Assembly (NCBI GenBank): GCA_048938855.1
Contig: JBHLLT010000002.1
Span: 32,001 to 96,000, forward strand
DNA from: Promethearchaeota archaeon
GTDB lineage: Archaea > Asgardarchaeota > Lokiarchaeia > Sigyniarchaeales > SOKP01
Reading direction: 5' to 3'
DNA: 64,000 nucleotides
The position numbers and the translations under genes are program-made. Positions 46,369-56,632 of the stretch are shown here, one piece after another. The stretch's first letter is position 1; each line of letters begins with the position of its first letter. The notes below the pieces were generated by a model. It ran no database searches. It was not told the origin of the DNA and saw only the letters and a program-made list of their open reading frames with translations.

Positions 46369-47903
46369 TCTTGATAAATTGAATATTCTTTATCTAATTT
46401 CTTTTTTAACGAGCTTGGGAAATTAAATTTTTCAGCATAAAAGTTGAATATTATTTCATCTATAAATTTTTGCTCTTTAGAATAATCATAATTTAAATTT
46501 CTCTTTTTCTCATTGATAATTGAAGTTACAAGGAGTTCAATTTTTTCTTTTATCTCTTTTTCAGGGACAATAAATGGTAAAGCATGGATTCCGCTAATTT
46601 GAATACTATTGGTATTATTAATAATACCTTTTGCTAAATAATTATATAAAGAACTATTTAACAATCCTAGTACATATAGAATTGAAATTGATTGATCTTT
46701 AATAATAAAACCAATAGCTTTATTTGAATCCCAATAACATCCAGTTGGCATATAGCGTGCTGCCAATCTTGAACTAACTCCACTTATAATTAATCCTTCC
46801 TTCTCAAAGGGCACATTTTTTGGAATATCATATTTTTGTATTGACTCTTTTCTCCAGTCTAAAGCCTCCATTATTGGTCTGTAATATTGATCTCCCCCAC
46901 CTCTTTTCAAATAAGGTTTCCACGGATCTGATTCTAAATTTTGTTTATTAATAATTTTAAATTTTTTTTCATGATTCAGAATTTTATTATTTCTCTCTCT
47001 AAAAATATCAGCTAATTCTAAACCATCTATAGCAGCTATAAACTTTTTATTATTATGTGTGTGCATACCAATATATCCACGTAAAAAATCCTCTAATTTA
47101 GGTGCGTTTTCAAATAATTTTAGAATTTCTTCTTCGACATTAGTAAAAAAAATGTTAAAAGGTAGAGAGTTATATTTTATTTGTTTTAAATTTTTAACAA
47201 TCGGCGGATTATAATAGTTTTCCTCACTAATAATCCGAGGAATTATTCTCATAAGATTATTTTCTCTCATAACCTTATTTTTATGACCAGTGCATTTCTG
47301 TAAAATAATAATAGCTGGACTTGTATTTACGTTTTGATTAGAAAATAAATTCTTTGGCGCTAAAAGAATTTCAATAATTTTACAACTATTAAGGATGAAT
47401 TTTCTTAATTTTTTATGAGTACTTAGGGTAAGAAACGAATCACTTGTTATAAATCCTAATTTTCCTCCTTCTTTTAATCTCCAAATACTATTTATGATAA
47501 ACATAGCATATGTCTCATGAGCATTTATTCTTCCATAAATTTTCTTTAACTTAATCTTATTTTTTCGAACATATGCACTAGCTTTATTTAGATATGGGGG
47601 ATTTCCTACAATAAAATCAAATTTATTATAAGAATCAGGGTATAGGGTAAGAAGAGTATCCTGTATTTTAGAAGAGACGCCTAACTTTTTAATTCCATCT
47701 AAAAAACTCGAATTTATATCAAATGCAAATATATGCCTATTATCTATCCCCATCTCTATTAGTTTTTTAATAAAAATGCCGGGTCCAACACAGGGATCTA
47801 ATATTATATGTTCATCTTTAATCTCCCCTAATCTTGATATTATATATTCAACAGTTTGAGGAGGTGTTAGAACTACTCCTAAATCCTTACTCTTGAATTC
47901 AAT
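46365..47903 (-). CDS. N6-adenine DNA methyltransferase (TaqI/Eco57I-like), ATT/ATA start
   Basis: TPP and motif I (LDPCVGPG.F) are encoded upstream of the called Met at 47753; NPPY; C-terminal LLNS target-recognition-like region. Confidence 0.85.
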   Translation of the reverse strand: MEFKSKDLGVVLTPPQTVEYIISRLGEIKDEHIILDPCVGPGIFIKKLIEMGIDNRHIFAFDINSSFLDGIKKLGVSSKIQDTLLTLYPDSYNKFDFIVGNPPYLNKASAYVRKNKIKLKKIYGRINAHETYAMFIINSIWRLKEGGKLGFITSDSFLTLSTHKKLRKFILNSCKIIEILLAPKNLFSNQNVNTSPAIIILQKCTGHKNKVMRENNLMRIIPRIISEENYYNPPIVKNLKQIKYNSLPFNIFFTNVEEEILKLFENAPKLEDFLRGYIGMHTHNNKKFIAAIDGLELADIFRERNNKILNHEKKFKIINKQNLESDPWKPYLKRGGGDQYYRPIMEALDWRKESIQKYDIPKNVPFEKEGLIISGVSSRLAARYMPTGCYWDSNKAIGFIIKDQSISILYVLGLLNSSLYNYLAKGIINNTNSIQISGIHALPFIVPEKEIKEKIELLVTSIINEKKRNLNYDYSKEQKFIDEIIFNFYAEKFNFPSSLKKKLDKEYSIYQD

Positions 47904-47905
47904 TA

Positions 47906-49078
47906 TTAATTTGCACTCTCAGTATTTTTAATATCATCATCAATATCTTTTAATAAAATTGTATAGAACTCACACAGACTTTTTAATATTTTAATATCTA
48001 TTTTATCTACATCATCATGTATAGAATGTACATAACTATGAACGCTTCTATCACCAGCACCTAATCCTTGGAAGTCTTTATTATAAAGAAATAATCCATC
48101 ACTATACAATCCGATATAAAACTTTCGAGTCTTTTTCTCTAAAATCATAATCTCATTATTTTCTCTTATATAATTAAAAACTTTATAATTTTTATTATTA
48201 AGAAGACCATGATCCCATATATTTATTTGATTAGCAAATGAGTCAAAATTAGCAATAAAAGTTTTCTCTCTCTCAAAATCCTTTATATATCGATAGAAGT
48301 TTCTTACTCCCATTGTACCAGATTCTTCAGCACCAGTAAATACAAACCATAAATTATAATTCTTTAACATGTTTTTTTGATTAGAAAAATAGTGTAGTAT
48401 TTCTAAAACACATGACATCCCAGAAGCATTATCTATCGCTCCATTTGATTTATTATTTGTTCTATTCAACCAAAGGAAAAATGTAGCCATGATATTAAGA
48501 CCTATAACTAAAATTCCCAAAGTTTGTAATACTATGATAGTAAGGGGTAATATAATAAAATGTATTATAGTAATAATAAGACCGAGTGGATATGTAATTA
48601 CCCAAAGGTAATATAAATTGATACGGAGTTTAATTGAGAATGTTTGTCCTTTTGAATCTATATGAGAGAAAAGTAAAATATTATAATCTGATCCTTCAAC
48701 CTTATTTTTTGAGGAAATTTTTACATATAAATTCTGAGAATGATATTTATGTCCTATCTTAATTGTCTCAGGAGCTCTTGTAAATATGATCAAAAAGATT
48801 ATAAAAATTAATGTTAACATTAAATTTGCTAGACTAAAAATAATATGCAAATCTAAAAATAGTACTAAAAGTAGCCAACTTAATAATGTTAAAGCTATTT
48901 TGGGATAAAGTCTTGAAAAAAAAATACTAAAAGAGAATTCTTGAAAGCTTGGAGAAATACCTTGATTTTCTATTTTCTTCTTTACAAGATTAAACGCTTT
49001 TTTCTCAAATTCAGTTCCAGATAACCTTGGAAATGAAAGTTCATTTAAATTTTCTAATATTCGATTCTGATCAATCAA
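47906..49078 (-). CDS. Membrane-embedded M28 family metallopeptidase (paralog of 37928-39217)
   Basis: SFPRL.GT, SHIDSK.Q, GAIDNASG, AEE.G.MG, HS..D. Confidence 0.85.
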   Translation of the reverse strand: MIDQNRILENLNELSFPRLSGTEFEKKAFNLVKKKIENQGISPSFQEFSFSIFFSRLYPKIALTLLSWLLLVLFLDLHIIFSLANLMLTLIFIIFLIIFTRAPETIKIGHKYHSQNLYVKISSKNKVEGSDYNILLFSHIDSKGQTFSIKLRINLYYLWVITYPLGLIITIIHFIILPLTIIVLQTLGILVIGLNIMATFFLWLNRTNNKSNGAIDNASGMSCVLEILHYFSNQKNMLKNYNLWFVFTGAEESGTMGVRNFYRYIKDFEREKTFIANFDSFANQINIWDHGLLNNKNYKVFNYIRENNEIMILEKKTRKFYIGLYSDGLFLYNKDFQGLGAGDRSVHSYVHSIHDDVDKIDIKILKSLCEFYTILLKDIDDDIKNTESAN

Positions 49079-49089
49079 AATTTTAACCT

Positions 49090-50757
49090 TTATTGTAAAT
49101 ATGCTCCATATTTCGCAGAGCTTACGATTTTTTTATATATATTTAAAAATCCTGATGTAATCTTATCTTCAGGTTTTTTCCACTCATTTAATCTTTTCTC
49201 TATCTCATTCTTAGATATTAATAGATTTAATTTTCGATTATTAATATCAATTTCAATCTCATCTCCATCTTCAACGATTGCAATTGGCCCTCCTTCAATT
49301 GCTTCAGGACAAACATGTCCAATACAAGGACCCCTTGTAGCTCCGGAATATCTCCCATCAGTTATCATTGCAACTGAATCTCCTAAGCCCATGCCAACTA
49401 AAATTGCCGCAGCAATTGATAATTCTCTCATTCCAGGAGCTCCTTTTGGCCCTTCATATCGTATAACTAAAATATCTCCCTTTTCTACTTTCTTGGATAT
49501 TAGAGCTTCATTGGCCTCCTTTTCAGAATCAAACACTTTTGCGACACCTTTATGATATCTCATTTTTGAGTTAACAGCACTTTGTTTGATAATAGCTCCC
49601 TCAGGTGCTAGATTACCTTTTAAAACCGCAATACCACCCTCACTTGAGATTGGATCTTCTATGTTTCTTATAATCTGATAATCATTGTATTCTATACCAT
49701 CTAAATATTCCTTAAGAGTCTTATTAAATACGGTCTTTGTTGTTAAATTAAGTAATTTTGATAGTTTTTTCATCAAAACTTTGATACTACCAGCTTCATG
49801 AAACTCTGAGAGAGTATATTCCGAACTTGGTTTAAACTTAGCTAATAAGGGAACAGATTTACTAATTCTATCAAAATCAAAATGGTTTAAATCTATATTT
49901 ATCTCATGGGACAATGCACATAAATGCAAGATTATGTTGGTTGATCCACCAAATGATAATGCAACCTTTATTGCATTTTCTATTGAATCATAAGTGATTA
50001 AATCTCGAGCCCTTATATTATTTTCAATTAATTTTATTATCCTTTTTCCAGTATCTATGCATAATCTTTCTCTTTCTTTGCTAACTGCACTCATTGTCGC
50101 ACAATCTGGCAAAGAAAGTCCCATTGCTTCAACAATACATGCCATAGTATTTGCGGTACCCATCATATTACAAGCTCCAGGAGAGCAACATGTTTCTGAT
50201 TCTATAAGAAGGAAATCGTCCTTTTTTAATAAACCTGCATTGAATTTCCCAATTGCCTCTTTAATATCAGATGTAACAAATGTCATACCTTTAAGTGGTC
50301 CCTCCTGGAAAGTTTTTGGAATCATTATTCCTCCAGTTAAGAAGATAGTAGGCAAATTACATCTAGCAGCAGCTAAGAGCATCCCTGGGATAATTTTGTC
50401 ACATGAACATAACATTATCATTCCATCAAAATCGTAAGCTTTAATTGTAGATTCAACAGACGCAGCTATTATTTCTCTTGTGGGCAAAATATAATTAGAG
50501 AAATTACCCGAATTAGCAATGCCATCACAACATGCTATTGTATTAAATTCCATAGGAGTAGCACCTGCTTCTTTTACTCCTTCTTTAACAAATCTAGCTA
50601 ATCTATTTAAATGTATATGACCAGGATTGATTTCATTCCAAGAATTTACAATTGCTACCCTTGGTTTCTGTAAATCTTCATAAGAATAACCACAACCATA
50701 AAAAAGAGCTCTTTCATATGATTTTTTTAAATCTATTTCAATTCTGTTAGATGACAT
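49090..50757 (-). CDS. ilvD: IlvD/Edd family dehydratase
   Basis: NPGH.HL, CDG, CDK..PG, G.C..MGTANTM, GGSTN, EGPKG.PGM.E, TDGR.SG. Confidence 0.85.
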   Translation of the reverse strand: MSSNRIEIDLKKSYERALFYGCGYSYEDLQKPRVAIVNSWNEINPGHIHLNRLARFVKEGVKEAGATPMEFNTIACCDGIANSGNFSNYILPTREIIAASVESTIKAYDFDGMIMLCSCDKIIPGMLLAAARCNLPTIFLTGGIMIPKTFQEGPLKGMTFVTSDIKEAIGKFNAGLLKKDDFLLIESETCCSPGACNMMGTANTMACIVEAMGLSLPDCATMSAVSKERERLCIDTGKRIIKLIENNIRARDLITYDSIENAIKVALSFGGSTNIILHLCALSHEINIDLNHFDFDRISKSVPLLAKFKPSSEYTLSEFHEAGSIKVLMKKLSKLLNLTTKTVFNKTLKEYLDGIEYNDYQIIRNIEDPISSEGGIAVLKGNLAPEGAIIKQSAVNSKMRYHKGVAKVFDSEKEANEALISKKVEKGDILVIRYEGPKGAPGMRELSIAAAILVGMGLGDSVAMITDGRYSGATRGPCIGHVCPEAIEGGPIAIVEDGDEIEIDINNRKLNLLISKNEIEKRLNEWKKPEDKITSGFLNIYKKIVSSAKYGAYLQ

Positions 50758-50877
50758 CGAGATCTATAAATATATTTAATTAATGAAATTTCCTATAATA
50801 AATCAAATTCTAAGGGATTAATTAAATCTTTATATATGTCCTAATCAAATTTTTATTAAACCTACAGATGATACTTT

Positions 50878-51801
50878 TTGAGTTTGGAAATTTATCAAAT
50901 TATTATTTTATTATTAATAGGATCACTCGTGGGAATTAGTATTAGTTTTGTTGGTCAAACAGGTCAAGGTGTTGTACTTCCCATAGTATTATTATTGACT
51001 GGAGATCCTTTTCTGGCAATTGCTATAAATTTATTAAACGATTTAATTACGTCTGTTTTTGTTAGTATCGGATACATAAGAAAAGGAGAGCTAGAAATTA
51101 GGAAAGATACTTTTATAATTATTATTGTAGCAATATTCATTTCACTTTTAGGAGTTTTTATTTTGCTGATTACACCCATAGGAAATATATATGGATGGTT
51201 TATACCACTATTCATTGCAATTTTGGGTTTTGTTTTTCTTTATCGTGGATTTCCTACAACAGAAACCTTAAAGAAAACGGCTAATAAACTCAGTTTAAAA
51301 TTTCAAAAAAAAAGTATAATCAATGAGGATATCAAAAAAAAAGATATTGAATCTGATTTTATATCTTCAAATGATCGACAAAATATTCAAGGTTTTATCC
51401 CTTTTGGGTCACGTCTTTTCTATATATTAGCTTTTATTTTTGGTATTATTATAGGGATTAATTCTGGATTGTTTGGAGCAAATTCAGGTTTTATTATTGT
51501 GCTTGCTTTAGTTATTATCTATGGATATCCAATAAAAAAGGGCGTTGGAACTGCTCTAATTTTAAGTATTGTAATATGTCTAAGTACCTTCATTATTTAT
51601 CAGATTTTTGGAATCTTGATCAAGGGACAATTTTTTTTTAATTTGGAAATTTCTATTTACTTAGCAATAGGATCTATCATTATAGGAATAACAGCTTCAT
51701 TATACGTACAGAAATTGTCTGCAAAAACAATGGGAAGAGGAGTTGGAATTGTGATTTTTGCTTTAGGAATAATATCTTTGATTTTTTATTTTATCTCGTG
51801 A
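50878..51801 (+). CDS. TauE/SafE family sulfite/organosulfonate exporter
   Basis: Two 4-TM halves with G..S..VG..G and SGLFG..SG...V..L...Y.Y..K..VGT.L. Confidence 0.75.
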   Translation: MSLEIYQIIILLLIGSLVGISISFVGQTGQGVVLPIVLLLTGDPFLAIAINLLNDLITSVFVSIGYIRKGELEIRKDTFIIIIVAIFISLLGVFILLITPIGNIYGWFIPLFIAILGFVFLYRGFPTTETLKKTANKLSLKFQKKSIINEDIKKKDIESDFISSNDRQNIQGFIPFGSRLFYILAFIFGIIIGINSGLFGANSGFIIVLALVIIYGYPIKKGVGTALILSIVICLSTFIIYQIFGILIKGQFFFNLEISIYLAIGSIIIGITASLYVQKLSAKTMGRGVGIVIFALGIISLIFYFIS

Positions 51802-51853
51802 ATCTATTCTATGTATTAGACTTTAATATTTGATAATATTATAAGGATTTAAT

Positions 51854-52960
51854 ATGGATAAGTTTAAAGTAGGAATAATAGGAACAGGAGTTATCTTTGA
51901 CCTTAACATATTAGGGTATTTAGATCGAGATGATGTAGAAATCACTTGTTTATGCAATAGGACTTTAGATAAAGCTAAACAAAAACGTGAAAAATTTGGT
52001 TTAAAAAAGAATATTTCATTTTATTCTGATTATAAGGACATGATAGATAAGGAGGATTTGGATATAGTTGAAATCCTTTTACCCCACCATCTCCATGCTG
52101 GAGCTACTATTTATGCAGCTCAAAAAGGAATAAAAGGGATTTCAGTTCAAAAACCAATGGCATTAACTTTAGAAGAAGCCGACGAGATGATTAGTGCTTG
52201 CAATAAATCTGGCTCAATTCTTTCTATATATGAGAATTTTATATTTGCTCCTCATATCATGAAAGCAAAAGAATTGATAGATAATGATTATATTGGGGAT
52301 CCCTCATCAATTCGGATAAAGACTGCTATAGGTACTAAGGGGGGTTGGAAAATCCCCGAAAGTGCTGAATTGTGGAGAAAAGATCCAAAGAAAATCGGTG
52401 GTGCATCAGAAGGGTCTCCAATTCTATTTGACAATGGTTGGCACGCTTTTTCTTTAGCCTACTGTTTTTTCAATGAGAAGATTGAAAAAGTATTTTCATG
52501 GACAGATAAATTCCAAGGTTTAGATGCCCCTGCTTACGTGATGTTTAAATATAAGCAAACTCAAGAACATTTAGTACCTCAATATGGAAATATGGAATTT
52601 TCGCTTATGCCAGACATGGATTTCTCGGACTCTAAATATTATCCCGTTGATGAATTCATAGAAATTATTGCTAGTCGCGGTATAATGAAAATAAATCAAG
52701 GTACTTCAATAGGAAATAAGATATCAAACTCTAAAATTTTTCCTCCTATCGCAATCATAAGAGATGGTAAAGTAGAAATCTATAATGACTTTGAAAAAGA
52801 TTGGAAATATAGTTTTATAAACTCAACTAATCATTTCATTAATGCTGTAAGAAATAATGAAAGACCAATACTATCGGGTGAACAAGCAAGATATATATTA
52901 AAATTTACTTTAGCTGCAATAAAATCTGTTGAACAAGGTAAGGTGATATTTCTTGATTAG
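51854..52960 (+). CDS. Gfo/Idh/MocA family oxidoreductase
   Basis: GIIGTG, PHHLH, QKPMA, D.G.H. Confidence 0.88.
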   Translation: MDKFKVGIIGTGVIFDLNILGYLDRDDVEITCLCNRTLDKAKQKREKFGLKKNISFYSDYKDMIDKEDLDIVEILLPHHLHAGATIYAAQKGIKGISVQKPMALTLEEADEMISACNKSGSILSIYENFIFAPHIMKAKELIDNDYIGDPSSIRIKTAIGTKGGWKIPESAELWRKDPKKIGGASEGSPILFDNGWHAFSLAYCFFNEKIEKVFSWTDKFQGLDAPAYVMFKYKQTQEHLVPQYGNMEFSLMPDMDFSDSKYYPVDEFIEIIASRGIMKINQGTSIGNKISNSKIFPPIAIIRDGKVEIYNDFEKDWKYSFINSTNHFINAVRNNERPILSGEQARYILKFTLAAIKSVEQGKVIFLD

Positions 52961-52965
52961 TTACA

Positions 52966-54231
52966 TCATTCTACTAAAGTATCTTTGTTATATTTCAATT
53001 CTTTATGTTCTAATCCTTCAGTTAATCCTTTTTTAAAATCTTTTTTTATATTTTTTAAAAAATTTCTAAATGAAGCTCCCTTATCATCAATTGGATTTTG
53101 TACAATACAAGATTGATCCTTTTCGCTATCAACAGATAAATCCTCCCAAAAAATAATTCGATTTTGTTGATAAGAAAGATATGGAAGTTTAGCAATTATA
53201 CATAAATCTCTACCTTGCGTTCCGGTATAAATTGGTTGTCCTCCAGTTTTTAATACGTTAATAAAATGCTCTGTTGAGTTTATAAAAGAATATCTCCAAT
53301 CCCTTTGCAAATCTCCTCCATATGTTATACCTTCTTTTCCTGTGTAAACTACAATTGGTGCGAACTGAGGAGTTTTAGATAAATAATTACCTCCAGAAGT
53401 GCATTGATTTATCCACATTATACCTTTTGTTCCTGAAATCTCAATAAATTCATCACAATCATAATAATTACTTGGATGATATAGATTTGGAGAAAGTGTG
53501 AACTGCATAGAACCATATTTAGGTGGTTTATTTGAGTTCTTTCTTGGATATTTCCAGAAAATAATATTTGGGGAATCTTGAACTCCAGAAAAAAAATCTA
53601 TCCAACTATATACACTTTCAACCTTATCCTCACCCATTAACCACAATGCCATAGAAAATTTATGTATTCCATCATCATAGATCCATGGTCCTCCACCGCA
53701 TAAGTCAGTTTTACGACGCCAGACAAGACCTGCCTTATCTCTTGACATACTAGGGCCTCCAGTAGCTACGGTATTAATTCTAAAATTCAATAGGTCTCCC
53801 AATATACCTTTTTCTAATAATTGTTTTACTTTTAAGTATACTGGGTAGAATCTAAAGTTCTCATAAAGTTTCAACTTTACCTTTTCTTCTCTACAAACTT
53901 CAATCATTTTTTCACAATCTGTAATGGTATGCGCTAATGGTTTTTGCACTGAAATTCCAGAGACTCCTGATTTAGCACAATATTCTGTCATTGTTGCATG
54001 AAGATAATGTGGAGTTAGAATTTCTACAATATCTAAATCTTCACTATCTATCATTTTACGATAATCTTTATATACTTTTAACGTTCTCAAGCCCCAGCGT
54101 TCGAGTTTCTCTTTAGCATTATTAATATTTGTATCTGCTACTGCAACAATTTCTGTATCCTGTGAATAAAGATATCCTAAAATGTTTAAATTAGCAATAT
54201 CACCGCAACCTATTATTCCAACTCTCAGCAT
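52966..54231 (-). CDS. Gfo/Idh/MocA family oxidoreductase (convergent paralog)
   Basis: GIIGCG, TPHYLH, QKPLA, DDGIH; shares DW.YSFINST.HFIN with its neighbour. Confidence 0.88.
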   Translation of the reverse strand: MLRVGIIGCGDIANLNILGYLYSQDTEIVAVADTNINNAKEKLERWGLRTLKVYKDYRKMIDSEDLDIVEILTPHYLHATMTEYCAKSGVSGISVQKPLAHTITDCEKMIEVCREEKVKLKLYENFRFYPVYLKVKQLLEKGILGDLLNFRINTVATGGPSMSRDKAGLVWRRKTDLCGGGPWIYDDGIHKFSMALWLMGEDKVESVYSWIDFFSGVQDSPNIIFWKYPRKNSNKPPKYGSMQFTLSPNLYHPSNYYDCDEFIEISGTKGIMWINQCTSGGNYLSKTPQFAPIVVYTGKEGITYGGDLQRDWRYSFINSTEHFINVLKTGGQPIYTGTQGRDLCIIAKLPYLSYQQNRIIFWEDLSVDSEKDQSCIVQNPIDDKGASFRNFLKNIKKDFKKGLTEGLEHKELKYNKDTLVE

Positions 54232-54443
54232 ATTTCTAAAATTAACATTTAATATTTAATATTCTATTAAATTGGCTCAAAATTATAAATCTTTATGAAA
54301 TATATTGTAATTTTTCAAAAATCTTTCATTTGATTAGATTATGCATATAATTTGTTGTAAGAATAAACTTTTTAACAATTATTTAACTAAAAGAAGTGAA
54401 ATATTAGATAGAGAGGTAAAAGATTTCAAAAATAAATGTCATT

Positions 54444-55652
54444 ATGAACCCTTTTTCATTATTAATAAAACCTGTCTCTGCAGATTGTAATCTTAGATGC
54501 ACTTATTGCTTTTATATAGATCATCTAAAAAAGGTTGAGAAGAAGCCTCGGATGTCAGATAAAGTCTTAGAAGCTGTGATCTCAAGTTACATGCAGATAA
54601 ATCAAAACAATTATTTCAATTTTGGATGGCAAGGTGGAGAACCTACATTATTGGGATTAGAATTTTGGGAAAAAGTAATAATCCTACAGAAAAAGTATGC
54701 ACCTAAAGGTGCAGTTATTAGTAATGGACTTCAAACCAATGGAACTCTTATCACTGACAGTCTAGCAAAATTTTTTGGTGAATATAAGTTTCTTTTGGGC
54801 GTTAGCCTTGACGGTCCCCCTTATCCACATGATTATTACAGAAAAACAATTAGTGAAACACCAACTCATAATTTAGTTATGCGTGGTATAGACATATTGA
54901 GAAGATATAAGGTTGAGTTTAATATTCTAGTTTTAGTTAATAATGTAAATGTTAAGAAAGCAAGTGAAGTTTATAATTATTTAAAGGATAATGGATTTAA
55001 TTATCATCAATATATTCCATGTGTAGAATATGACAAATTTGGAAATCCGCAAGCTTTTTCTATAAATGGAGATGAATGGGGTGCTTTTTTATGTGATATA
55101 TTTGATCAATGGAAGAAAGAAGATATTAATCAAATCTCCATTCGTCTTTTTGATTCTATTTTAGAATATTTAGTTTATGGAAAGTATAATGTCTGTTATA
55201 TGGGATCTAATTGTTGCCAATATTTTGTTGTTGAATATAATGGAAATATCTATCCCTGTGATTTTTATGTCCGAGATGATTTATTATTAGGAAATGTACT
55301 TGAAAATAAATGGGAAGAGATCTTAAACTCACAAATTTATCTTCAATTTGGTCAGAGAAAATCCAGTTGGAATGAAAATTGTAAAAAATGTTCATATTTA
55401 AATTTATGTCATGGAGATTGCCAGAAATTTCGGCTTGTAAATCAACAAAATTCTCATTTCTTAAGTACATTATGTGAAGGGTGGAAAAAGTTTTATACAT
55501 ATGCGCTACCTCAGCTAAAAATAATTGCACAAAATATTAAAAATGGAAATAAAGTAATTTCCTCAACACAAATAAAAGCAAAAAAGATTGGGCGTAATGT
55601 ATTATGTCCTTGTGGGAGTGGAAAGAAGTATAAAGATTGTTGTTTGAGATAA
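54444..55652 (+). CDS. Anaerobic sulfatase maturase (radical SAM/SPASM) with SEC-C motif
   Basis: KP....CNLRCTYCFY, WQGGEPTL, YPCD.YV, C..C.....C.G.C, GRN..CPCGSGKKYK.CC. Confidence 0.9.
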   Translation: MNPFSLLIKPVSADCNLRCTYCFYIDHLKKVEKKPRMSDKVLEAVISSYMQINQNNYFNFGWQGGEPTLLGLEFWEKVIILQKKYAPKGAVISNGLQTNGTLITDSLAKFFGEYKFLLGVSLDGPPYPHDYYRKTISETPTHNLVMRGIDILRRYKVEFNILVLVNNVNVKKASEVYNYLKDNGFNYHQYIPCVEYDKFGNPQAFSINGDEWGAFLCDIFDQWKKEDINQISIRLFDSILEYLVYGKYNVCYMGSNCCQYFVVEYNGNIYPCDFYVRDDLLLGNVLENKWEEILNSQIYLQFGQRKSSWNENCKKCSYLNLCHGDCQKFRLVNQQNSHFLSTLCEGWKKFYTYALPQLKIIAQNIKNGNKVISSTQIKAKKIGRNVLCPCGSGKKYKDCCLR

Positions 55653-55825
55653 TCAAGGGCAATTTATAGAGCATTTATTAGGCGAAAAGTTTGAGTGGAT
55701 TTGATGGTAAATTCGCAAAATTAAGAATTTTCATATTCTTAATTGTAATAAAACCATAGGTGTTAATAAAGTCTTTAAAGTAAGAATACTTTTTTGGTTT
55801 ATTAATTAAAAGATTTGATACTAAT

Positions 55826-56575
55826 TTGAGTAATATTTTCACAGATCTCGCTATTGTCGGTATCACATTCTTCTACATACTTTTAACTATTTTTATCCCA
55901 CTTATATTGTATAAAAAAGGGAAGATCTCTAAGTTTGCGGCAAGAAAAGTAGTTCATATGTTTGCCGGTTTAGCAATTCTGAGTTCTCCTTTTTATTTTT
56001 GGCCATTCTGGCCTACAATCATTGCAGGTACTTTAACTTTGTTTGTTTATTTTAGCTCAAAAGAATCAAAAGTAAAGCAGTTAAAAGAACTATATGATGC
56101 CATCTCTGAAGAGCAAGAAGATGGACTGAAACGAGCTTTCCTTCAAGGACCATTTTTTTATTGCCTTTCAATAACTGCATTAGTTTTTATTTTTGGAATA
56201 TTTTCTTCAGAACATTTTTATTTTCCAATAGCTGGAGTTTTAATTATGATAGTTGCTGATACTTTAGCCTCAGTTGTAGGAAAACGCTGGGGAAAAATAA
56301 GTCTTTGCTTACCATGGACTAATTCAAAGAGGACACTTGAAGGTTCTTTAACATTCTTCTTTAGTGCGTATCTTTTGTGTTTTCTCTCATTTTTTCTGTT
56401 TGGTTTATTAATTCCCACTTTTCAAGACCCATTGTCATTTCCGGCTATTTTAATTGCTTCATTAATTACTAGCGCTATTGCAACAATTATAGAACTAATA
56501 TCTCCAAGTACTTATGATGATTTAACTGTTCCCTTGGGTAGTACATTAATTATTTATCTATTAACTTTATTTTAA
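55826..56575 (+). CDS. CTP-dependent polyprenol kinase family (phytol/farnesol/dolichol kinase-like)
   Basis: RK.VH, ADT.AS.VG..WG, KRTLEGS, DDLTVP. Confidence 0.82.
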   Translation: MSNIFTDLAIVGITFFYILLTIFIPLILYKKGKISKFAARKVVHMFAGLAILSSPFYFWPFWPTIIAGTLTLFVYFSSKESKVKQLKELYDAISEEQEDGLKRAFLQGPFFYCLSITALVFIFGIFSSEHFYFPIAGVLIMIVADTLASVVGKRWGKISLCLPWTNSKRTLEGSLTFFFSAYLLCFLSFFLFGLLIPTFQDPLSFPAILIASLITSAIATIIELISPSTYDDLTVPLGSTLIIYLLTLF

Positions 56576-56632
56576 TATCATAAAATTTGGTTTAAATTTC
56601 ATATAATTATCAAAATTATAATATCCCATATC

